DNA from: a virus
Lineage: Duplodnaviria; Heunggongvirae; Uroviricota; Caudoviricetes
Reading direction: 5' to 3' (one strand)
IMG/VR virus record: IMGVR_UViG_3300046385_000126
Coordinates: 64,001-101,004 of that record
Length of the DNA stretch: 37,004 nt
Shown: piece after piece, positions 9,608 to 18,600 of the stretch
How positions within the stretch are numbered: the stretch's first letter is position 1
Layout: every line of letters starts with the position of its first letter
Notes under the pieces: model-generated
What the model was told of the DNA's origin: nothing
The model's database searches: none
What the model saw: the letters and a program-made list of their open reading frames with translations, nothing else
Translations under genes and position numbers: made by a program

Positions 9608-11644
9608 ATGCTAGGGTTTGATTTAGCACAGACATTTTATCTGGACAAAGACGCTGTCCAAGGAGCCGATCAGGCTTTCTTGACAGCCGTCGATCTTTAC
9701 TTCTACCGAAAGCCTGTAGCCGGAAAAACAAAATCCGGTATCAGAGGCCCAGGTGCATCGGTGTATCTGTGCCCCGTTTTGGAGAACGGTACACCAGATC
9801 TTAACTTAGTGCATCACACGTTTGGTGCTCGTGTAGAATATGCAGATATTGCTACGAGCACGAGTGGAACAGAGGCTACAACGTTTACGTTTCGTCAACC
9901 TATTCCAGTACCAACAGCACGTAGTTATGGTATTTTAATTAAGTTTGATGGTAGTGACTCAGACTTCCAATTGTGGTACAACAAGTCAGGTGATAACGTA
10001 CTTGGAACAACTACACAAACACAGGTATCGTCTGGTAAAGTTGATGGTTTCTTTTACAAGATTACTAACGGTAAAGAACTGACTCCAGAACGTGATGCTG
10101 ATCTTTCGTTCCGCTTGAAAGTTGCTAAATTTTTATCAACATCATCAACGTTCAAGATTAAAAACCGTCCTTACGAGATCTTGAAACTCAATGCTAACAC
10201 CAGTTCGTTCAAAGGTGGTGAAGACATTTACCAACAACGCGCAAACGCTGCTGGTACTGTCAGCATTACTACCACTGGCGTGTCTGTTGTCGGTACTGGA
10301 ACAGCGTTCAACTCAACATTGCTTCAAGGTGATAAAGTTATCTTGACGGATGGTACTGCTGGTAACACAGACGTACGTACAGTTGTTTCGGTTGCAAATG
10401 CAACTTACATGACGGTAGACGTTGAACCATCATTTACTGCTGCCTCTGGTACATATTACAAGACAGTTGTTGGTAAAGTTTTCCAGTCTGATGGCATCAC
10501 CGACTACCTTGTGATTCAAGATGCTAATTCGAACAGTAGTTTGTACCTTACAACAGGTACGACCATTACAGGTGTTGACTCGCTAGCTTCTGCAAACATT
10601 GTTTCTATTTACGATTATGCTATCAACAGCATCGTCCCTGGATTTAACGTCAAAGCACCGTCAGGAACATCTGTATCCACTACAGTCAACTTTGCTAATG
10701 CTGATTACCAATTTACTTCTTCAACAGTTGCTAGTGTTGATTTGGGCCGTCGTAGAATGTTGAATGAATATGCAGCTGTTCTGGCATCGAGCACTAACGA
10801 ACAAACTGCAGCAACACCTGTTCGCTCTTTTAACGGTACGTTGACTCTTACGACAAGCAATCCTTACGTTTCACCATACGTTCGTCAAGAAAACTTGGAC
10901 TTGTTTGCAGAGCGTTATGAAATTAACAACGATGCTACAGATGAGTACAAAGGCAATGGTAATGCAAAGGCCCGCTACATCTCAAAAACTATTGCTCTTG
11001 CAGAAGATCAAAAAGCAGAAGATTTGAAAGTGTTTGTGCGAGCATATAAACCTGCCAACACATCTATCCTTGTTTATGCAAAGCTGCGTAACTCGGAAGA
11101 TACAGAATCTTTTGATGTCAAAGATTGGACCGAGCTGACTGTTAACAACAATGTAACGATCGTCAGCAACCCAGCCAACATCTTTGATAGAATTGAGCTA
11201 GCATATGATGTACCGTTCACTACGACGAGTACTCTTGTTGATGGTCAGTTCACTACAACATCTGCATGCACCGTCATCACAGGTACGTCCGGTACAGTTA
11301 ACACATCGATCCAAGTAGGGGATGTTGTTCGTGTGTCGTATCCTGCCTCAACAACGACGTACTTCACTGATACAGTTGTTGCTGCTAACTCGACAACCAT
11401 CACTATTGCAAACCCTGTTTCCAACTCTAGCTTGATTGGTCCAGGTTATTTGGTGAATGTCGTGGATCGTCCAAATAGTGGATACCTGGACATTCAACAA
11501 CAAAACGTATTAACATATTACAACCGCGCACTGTCTAAATTCCAGACATTCGATTCGTTCGCCATTAAGATTGTTCTTCTGTCTGAGGATGGCGTAAAGA
11601 TTCCTTATGTGGATGATGTGCGTGCAATTGCTGTTTCTGCATGA
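9608..11644 (+). CDS. VrlC-family C-terminal segment (678 aa)
   Basis: 'LAQTFYL...FLTAVDLYF..KP...NGTP', 'DLSFRLKVAKF', 'ARYISKTIAL....EDLKVFVRAYKP' and 'FDSFAIKIVL...IPYVDDVRAIA' match VrlC C-terminal motifs. Confidence 0.7.
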   Translation: MLGFDLAQTFYLDKDAVQGADQAFLTAVDLYFYRKPVAGKTKSGIRGPGASVYLCPVLENGTPDLNLVHHTFGARVEYADIATSTSGTEATTFTFRQPIPVPTARSYGILIKFDGSDSDFQLWYNKSGDNVLGTTTQTQVSSGKVDGFFYKITNGKELTPERDADLSFRLKVAKFLSTSSTFKIKNRPYEILKLNANTSSFKGGEDIYQQRANAAGTVSITTTGVSVVGTGTAFNSTLLQGDKVILTDGTAGNTDVRTVVSVANATYMTVDVEPSFTAASGTYYKTVVGKVFQSDGITDYLVIQDANSNSSLYLTTGTTITGVDSLASANIVSIYDYAINSIVPGFNVKAPSGTSVSTTVNFANADYQFTSSTVASVDLGRRRMLNEYAAVLASSTNEQTAATPVRSFNGTLTLTTSNPYVSPYVRQENLDLFAERYEINNDATDEYKGNGNAKARYISKTIALAEDQKAEDLKVFVRAYKPANTSILVYAKLRNSEDTESFDVKDWTELTVNNNVTIVSNPANIFDRIELAYDVPFTTTSTLVDGQFTTTSACTVITGTSGTVNTSIQVGDVVRVSYPASTTTYFTDTVVAANSTTITIANPVSNSSLIGPGYLVNVVDRPNSGYLDIQQQNVLTYYNRALSKFQTFDSFAIKIVLLSEDGVKIPYVDDVRAIAVSA

Positions 11645-11862
11645 CGCCACTACAAAAAACTGAAGATGCGCGGTTTGCTCGTGATAAGCATAGTACAGCT
11701 ATCCTAAATATAGACAAAGCTGGCTACCAACAATTTAAGATGGAACGTGACCGCGCACTACAACTGCAACACGCTGTAGAGCAGGTTAGTGTTTTGCAGA
11801 GTGAGATGAGGGATATTAAACAGCTGCTTCAACAATTAGTAAACGGAAAAACAAATGGCTAG
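11641..11862 (+). CDS. Small conserved helical protein usually found downstream of VrlC (73 aa)
   Basis: ATGA overlap with the upstream stop; 'RDKHSTAILNID...EMRDIKQLLQQLV' pattern; coiled-coil-like C-terminus. Confidence 0.6.
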   Translation: MTPLQKTEDARFARDKHSTAILNIDKAGYQQFKMERDRALQLQHAVEQVSVLQSEMRDIKQLLQQLVNGKTNG

Positions 11863-13165
11863 AAGTATAGCAAACGTAGTAATCGCGACAGATTCATTCG
11901 CTTCATGGGTGGGTATCACCAACCAGATGGCGGATACCTTTACCAATTATGCGCTGACGGCAAACTCATCTGTAACAGGAGCTACTGTAACAGGTAACTC
12001 ACAGCTGATTGGTATCTTCGCGGCCAATACGGTTGCTGTTGGTACTGCTCTTCGCGGAGGATCTGTTAACGTATCATCCAATCTGAATGTTACATCCAAT
12101 CTGATCGTTACAGGAGCAACGGTAAACATTGCAAGTAACGTAGCAATCGTTGGCACCAACACATATATCAACGCAGTTACCACATATGTTAACGGCGGCC
12201 TTGCAAACGTTACCTCGAATGTAAGTATTGTCAACACAAACACCTCAATCAACGCAGCTGTGACCTATGTTGCAGGTGGACTTGCAAACGTTACATCTAA
12301 TGTCAGCATTGTTAACACAAATACATCAATTAGTTCAGCAGTAACATACGTTGCTGGCGGTCTTGCAAACGTTACGTCTAACGTTTCGGTCCAAAACGCA
12401 AACACATATATCAACGCGACAGCGTTTGGTGTTGCGGGCGTGTCTACCCTAACAGGTACAACAACGCTGAAAGCTAACACAACGCTAACTAACGTTGTCT
12501 TATCTTCAAATGCAACTGTTAGCAACCTTCAAATCAGTGTAAACGCCCTAAACATTGTAGCTACAGCAAATATTAATGGTAGTCTGAGCGTATCATCGTT
12601 AAACTCTGTAGGTAACGCTGTTGTTAACGGTGCATTTACTGTCAACAACACAGCTGCTGTAGGTAATACGACAATTACAGGATTTGCCAACGTATCCACA
12701 ACATTACAGGTTGATGGCAATACTACGCTGAATGCAACGTTAATTGCAAATAATATTGTAGCCAACGGCACCACAACCCTTTCAAATACAAACTTGAATG
12801 GTGTAACATTACTTGCTAATAACGTCGTGTTGTCTGTTGTTGCTAATACGAACATTGGAAACGCTAATACCCTTGGAGCCTTTACAGCTGTAGAGGTTGC
12901 CAGCTTTCCTATTGCATCCTACACAGGGGCAAAGATCACATCAAAAGTATCATCATTGAGTGGTGCTAGCAACCAAGTGCAGGAATTGCTAATTGCGCAA
13001 AACACAACAGATGTTTACATGACCGTGTATGGTACTGTTGCTGCACCAGCAACAGCAAACCTTGGTGTATTCACAGCATCTATAAATACTACAGCTATAT
13101 CAATCAAGTTCTTGCAAACGAGCGCCAATTCGAGCGTTAAGATGTTTGCGCAATACATCAAATAA
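11855..13165 (+). CDS. Fibre-like virion structural protein with beta-rich N/T/V/S repeats (436 aa)
   Basis: Low-complexity beta-strand composition; 27-aa internal repeats; C-terminal module 'SFPIASYTGAKI...QELLIAQNTTDVYMTVYG' of a kind seen in T4-like structural proteins. Confidence 0.6.
   Translation: MARSIANVVIATDSFASWVGITNQMADTFTNYALTANSSVTGATVTGNSQLIGIFAANTVAVGTALRGGSVNVSSNLNVTSNLIVTGATVNIASNVAIVGTNTYINAVTTYVNGGLANVTSNVSIVNTNTSINAAVTYVAGGLANVTSNVSIVNTNTSISSAVTYVAGGLANVTSNVSVQNANTYINATAFGVAGVSTLTGTTTLKANTTLTNVVLSSNATVSNLQISVNALNIVATANINGSLSVSSLNSVGNAVVNGAFTVNNTAAVGNTTITGFANVSTTLQVDGNTTLNATLIANNIVANGTTTLSNTNLNGVTLLANNVVLSVVANTNIGNANTLGAFTAVEVASFPIASYTGAKITSKVSSLSGASNQVQELLIAQNTTDVYMTVYGTVAAPATANLGVFTASINTTAISIKFLQTSANSSVKMFAQYIK
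12150..12420 (+). repeat. 81-nt (27-aa) tandem repeat, about 3 copies
   Basis: TTGCAAAC recurs at 12201, 12282 and 12363; unit approximately 'TYVAGGLANVTSNVSIVNTNTSINAAV'. Confidence 0.9.
13081..13088 (+). promoter_or_regulatory. Possible internal T4-type late promoter TATAAATA
   Basis: Exact consensus inside the 436-aa ORF, about 85 nt upstream of the ATG at 13174. Confidence 0.45.
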
Positions 13166-13173
13166 GGTAAGTA

Positions 13174-14148
13174 ATGGCTGCAGGCAATACACAGTTTAAA
13201 GCGGAGAATGGACTCTTTGTACAGGGGACTGCTAACGTTGCTGGAGATTTGAAGGTCGATGGCAACCTTCTTGTCACAGGTAACATTGTGTCTTCAGGTA
13301 CCGCTGCTGGTGACTTCATTCCTTTAAACAATACATACTCACTTGGAAATACCACATCCCGATGGTCTTTGTTGGGTGTAGATGGCAATTTCTCCGGCAA
13401 CCTAACTGTAAGCACAGTTACTACTCTCAGCGATACTGCATCATCCAACCTTATTCCAACAGTAAACAACGCACCTTTAGGATCAGCAACACGTCGTTGG
13501 GCGATTACTGCTAATACAGGTGACTTTCTAAACATTACGACGACACAGGCAATTGCTACTGTTAACCTAACATCAAACGGTACATTGTCTGCAGGTGTGT
13601 TGGTTGCAAATGCTACTCATGTCGTTATAACAAACGGAACACTGAGTGTAAATACTGGTTCGAAGACATCGATCTCTGCAACTGGCAACTCCACTTATAG
13701 TAGCCTTTCCCTTAATAACGATGTAACATCTATCGGCGGCAATGTTGCTTTTGATACAGATCTTGTTGTTATCGATGCGGTCAACAACCGTATTGGTTTA
13801 AAAGCAACGACACTATCCTCTAGTGCTCTTGCTACAATCACTGGTAACGTTGAATTCAGCACTGCAAACACAGGTATTCGTTTACAGACATCAAACGCAA
13901 CGCATAATGCATCCATTGTTATGGTTGCGGCCAACACCAGTAACAGTCGCTTGACATTCTCAACATATGATACATCTAATTCTACAGTAGAGAACGGTGG
14001 TTTCGTATTTGGTGGTATGGTGAATAGCACATCAACACAGACGTTGTTATCATTTAGTAACGCTTCTATCAAATATAAAACTGGTAACGTCGCTCACGCA
14101 GGCAACTTCGGGATTTACGATGTAAACGGCACACGCTTAGGACCATAA
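13174..14148 (+). CDS. Putative fibre/virion structural protein (324 aa)
   Basis: 'GDLKVDGNLLVTG', 'GDFIPLNNTYSLGNTTSRW' and 'LGSATRRW' motifs are typical of phage fibre shafts; SD-like AAGGT upstream. Confidence 0.6.
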   Translation: MAAGNTQFKAENGLFVQGTANVAGDLKVDGNLLVTGNIVSSGTAAGDFIPLNNTYSLGNTTSRWSLLGVDGNFSGNLTVSTVTTLSDTASSNLIPTVNNAPLGSATRRWAITANTGDFLNITTTQAIATVNLTSNGTLSAGVLVANATHVVITNGTLSVNTGSKTSISATGNSTYSSLSLNNDVTSIGGNVAFDTDLVVIDAVNNRIGLKATTLSSSALATITGNVEFSTANTGIRLQTSNATHNASIVMVAANTSNSRLTFSTYDTSNSTVENGGFVFGGMVNSTSTQTLLSFSNASIKYKTGNVAHAGNFGIYDVNGTRLGP

Positions 14149-14149
14149 A

Positions 14150-15649
14150 ATGGCAAGACCACTGCGCGCGGTATACGCGAACACCACATACAGTAACGGT
14201 GTGCGGGAGATGTCTGATAGCGAACTTAATGATCTCGTCGCTCCTCTGATACTAACTTATGTAACATCGAACCCTAGTGTTGCGTATAGTACATCGCTGC
14301 GTATCAATACAGCAGGATTATACGATGTCAATGTAGGGGTTACAAACGATACTCGCAGCGATATTGTCGGTGCACACCCAGCATCAAACTCTACCATAAG
14401 CACATACACTTTATATCAGAGTGCGCGACCAATGGCTTTGAGCCTGAGTGCTCGCCCTGTTGCATATGTTCAGGTCGGTGATGAGTGGCAAATCAAATCG
14501 ATGTCTGATCAAGAAATGATTGATCAGGTTGTGCCTTCTATTGTTCAGACCATGATCACTGGTGGCCAAGGTGCTTATTATATTGGACCAACATCAAGTG
14601 GAGCTCCTGTAGGGGGAACGTGGACGTCGTATGGAAATATGACCGACACATATTATGTTAACAGCACACTAACAACAGAACAGTATACGTTATGGCAGCG
14701 TACGTCTGGAACAACTGCTGGTACTATTAGACCTCTTAAAGTTGATTTGTCTGGCAACCTAGTCGAAATGACTAACGCTGATATAACCCAGCTGTACCAG
14801 GCTGTCGGTGAGTATATTCGTACAACGGGCATTGGTCAATACGTCATCCAACCAATTGCGCCGTCTACAGGTACATGGATGCAGCGTGGATACTTTACAA
14901 ATACGGTAAACAACTTACAAGACACCGCTTATAACGGTTCATACATTGGGTCGTTTACGAGTCCATATACACGTGCGTTTACAGGCACGTATAATAGTGC
15001 ATTCACAGGAAATTACACTGGTGCATATTCGCGTATTTTTACAGGCGCATATGCTGGTGGGTATAATAACACGTTTACAGGGTTATACAACCAGGCATTT
15101 ACTGGTGCGTTCAGTGGTGGATATGTAGGTACGTTCTCTGGAATTTATTCAAAGCTGTTCACAGGCGCGTATACAGGAGTGTATGCGGGTGCGTATAATG
15201 GCTTTTTCACTGGGACGTATATTACTAATATTTCTAAATCGTACCAGAACCCATTCTCTGGTGTGTGGTATACTGGTTCTTACGCCAATTATTATAGTGG
15301 TAGTTATGCAAGCGCGTTTACAGGTTTGTATACTGGTGCATACTCAGGATCATACCAAGGCAATTTCACTGGCGTATACAATACAACATTTACCGGCGTG
15401 TATAACCGATCGTTTACAGGATCATTCACAGGAATATACACAGGAACTTTTAGTGGTTTATACACTGGTGGATACACCAGTGCATTTACAGGAATATATG
15501 CTGGAGCATATACAGGTGCATTTAGCGGCGCATATAGCGGAGCGTTTACTGGACTATATAACACTTCATTCACCGGAGCCTACACTGGTTTGACTGTACT
15601 AAATACAACATCGACCACAGTATACAAACTGTGGGTTAGAACAGCCTAA
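14150..15649 (+). CDS. [Y/F]-x-G-x tetrapeptide-repeat protein, short paralog (499 aa)
   Basis: About 260-aa N-domain of three related modules (RP[LV]...MS/T[DN]...G.GxY...GTW), about 220 aa of repeats (14930-15592), C-terminus KLWVRTA. Confidence 0.85.
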   Translation: MARPLRAVYANTTYSNGVREMSDSELNDLVAPLILTYVTSNPSVAYSTSLRINTAGLYDVNVGVTNDTRSDIVGAHPASNSTISTYTLYQSARPMALSLSARPVAYVQVGDEWQIKSMSDQEMIDQVVPSIVQTMITGGQGAYYIGPTSSGAPVGGTWTSYGNMTDTYYVNSTLTTEQYTLWQRTSGTTAGTIRPLKVDLSGNLVEMTNADITQLYQAVGEYIRTTGIGQYVIQPIAPSTGTWMQRGYFTNTVNNLQDTAYNGSYIGSFTSPYTRAFTGTYNSAFTGNYTGAYSRIFTGAYAGGYNNTFTGLYNQAFTGAFSGGYVGTFSGIYSKLFTGAYTGVYAGAYNGFFTGTYITNISKSYQNPFSGVWYTGSYANYYSGSYASAFTGLYTGAYSGSYQGNFTGVYNTTFTGVYNRSFTGSFTGIYTGTFSGLYTGGYTSAFTGIYAGAYTGAFSGAYSGAFTGLYNTSFTGAYTGLTVLNTTSTTVYKLWVRTA

Positions 15650-15668
15650 AAAGATATGTTGTGTCGGC

Positions 15669-18600
15669 ATGCCAGTAAAACCATTAAAATACATTGAAAT
15701 AAGCGGATCACCATCAACTCAGATTATGTCCAACACGGACATTACTGACTATGTGGCAAAATTAATAGGTACCGAATTTGCTAGCACCACAGGTGTTGGT
15801 TCCCTCGGTGTTGGTTCGCTGGCCAATGGAACATCTATTGGTACATGGGTGGACACGTACTATCCAAACGCAATCGGCGACCATCCCATTGACCCTGCTG
15901 CGGTCACAGTTTCAAACACAACACTTTATCAAGACGTCTCTAACGGATCGTTGACGGGTATTTTTTCACGCCCTGTTGGTTGGGATACTTCAAACAACGT
16001 ACCACAACTCTTATCCGATTCCGACATCGACACAAGCATCACGTCTGTTATTGCTAACTATGTTGTTAATGGTGGTGTTGGTTCATATGTCCTACAACCA
16101 ACTGCTCCAGCAACAGGAACATGGGTTTCACGTGGAACACTTACAAACACACAAGCACCTAGTGTAACCAACACGACTACGTTGTGGCAGAAGACAGCTG
16201 AATCTACAGGATCTGCTGTACGTTTGTTGAAACTGGCAAACGGTGGCTTCCAGCAGTTTTCTGATGCTGATATTCGAAACCTGACGTTTAAACTCCGCAA
16301 TTACATTGTTAATAGCGGCATTGGCAAATATGTCCTTTCAACGACCACGCCAGTAACTCCTGGTACATGGGTGCAAGCAGGCACTGGTTTTGACGATATA
16401 CGTCTATCACTTGAAGATGGATTTTACGCTGGTGCATATAACAGTACGTTCACTGGCGGTTATACTGCTACATACTCTGGTAATTACAACAACACCTTCT
16501 CTAGTGCATTTACCAGCACATATTCATCTTCTTATTCAGGTGCATATAACTCGGCATTTAGCAGAGCCTACACAAGTGTGTATACAGGCGCCTTTACCGG
16601 ACAATATAACCAAGCGTTCACTGGTGCGTTCAGTAGAGCGTTTACCGGCGCCTTTACCGGACAATATAACCAAGCGTTTACTGGTAACTTTACTGGTGTA
16701 TATGCTAACGCGTTCACGGGACAGTACTCTGGTAATTATGTTGGCGCATTCAGTACAGTTTTTAGCGGTGCATATACTGGTGCATACAATCAGACATTTA
16801 CCGGGTCGTACATTGGTACGTACCTAAGCAACTATACAGGAGCTTTCAGTGGAGCCTATGCCTCTACGTTCACTGGAACTTTTACTGGCGCATACACAGC
16901 AGCTTACAGTGCTGTGTTCACTGGTCAATACTCTGGTGGCTACACAAGTGCATTTACTGGTAGCTATACTTCAGCATATACGACTGCATACACGGGTGCC
17001 TACACAGGAGCATATTCGAACGTATTTTCTGGTGCCTACACAGGCGGTTATACTACAACGTTTACTGGTCTGTATTCAGGCGCATATTCAAGAACGTTCA
17101 CTGGCGCATATGCTGGCTCTTATACGGGCGTTTTTAATCAGACATTCACTGGTTCGTACCTAGGTGGTTATGTAGGATCATTTACCGGCGCATATGCTGG
17201 TGCTTACTCACGTGTGTTTTCAGGATCCTACACTGGCATATATTCTGGTGGATATACTGGTGCGTTTTCTGGATCATATACTGGTATCTACACTGCTGCA
17301 TATACAGGTTTATATTCAGGTGGGTACACAGGAGCGTTTACTGGGATCTACACTGGTGCATATACTGGTGCATTCAATCAAAGCTTTAGTGGTTTGTATT
17401 CCGGTTCATATACAAGTGCGTTTACTGGTCTGTATTCCGGTACATACACAAGTGCATTCTCAGGATCATATACGGGCGCGTATACAGGCGCATATAGCCA
17501 AGTGTTCACTGGTTCATATTCTGGTGGATATGTTGGCACATTTACAGGCGCGTATGCTGGTGCGTATTCACGTGTATTCACAGGATCGTACACTGGTGCA
17601 TATACAGGAACATACAACCAAACGTTTACTGGATCATATTCTGGTGGGTACGTAGGATCATTTACTGGTGCTTATGCCGGCGCTTATTCGCGTGTGTTTA
17701 CTGGATCATACACAGGTGCATACACGGGCATTTATAACCAAACCTTTACTGGATCTTATTCTGGTGGGTACGTAGGATCATTTACTGGTGCTTATGCTGG
17801 TGCTTATTCTCGCGTTTTCACTGGATCGTATTCTGGTATCTACACCGGCGTATATAATCAGACGTTTACTGGATCATATTCTGGTGGGTATGTTGGTTCA
17901 TTTACTGGTGCTTATGCTGGCGCTTATTCACGAGTATTCACTGGCTCTTACACAGGCGCATACACAGGCGTATACAATCAGACATTTACTGGATCGTATT
18001 CTGGTGGATACACTCGAGCGTTTACTGGCGCATATGTTGGTGCTTACTCGCGTGTGTTCTCAGGATCATATACTGGCCTCTACACAGGATTATATACTGG
18101 CATATACACTGGACTATATTCTGGTGGATATGTAGGATCATTTACAGGTCTATACTCCGGCACATATTCAAGAATATTCTCTGGATCTTACACAGGTTTA
18201 TACTCTGGTGTGTATCAGAATACATTTACTGGCTTGTACTCTGGTGTGTATCAAAGCACATTTACAGGTGCATACTCTGGTAACTACACTCGTGCATTTA
18301 CTGGTAGTTATGCTGGTAACTATATTGCATCATATGCTGGTGCATATGCTGGTACGTACAATACAGGTTATATTGGTTATTATGCACCCGGCGGTGCTGT
18401 GTACTACACTGGTTTATATACTGGCTTTTATTCTGCATATTATGCTGGTAACTATATAAACCCTTTTAATGGAGCTACGTATACTGGTGGCTATTTGGGA
18501 TCACGAGCTCGTAGTTTTGCTGGTGGATATACAGCTGGCGCTGGTTATGCTGGAACATACACAGGTTTCTATGCTGCTGGCTATCTCGGGTCCTATCTTG

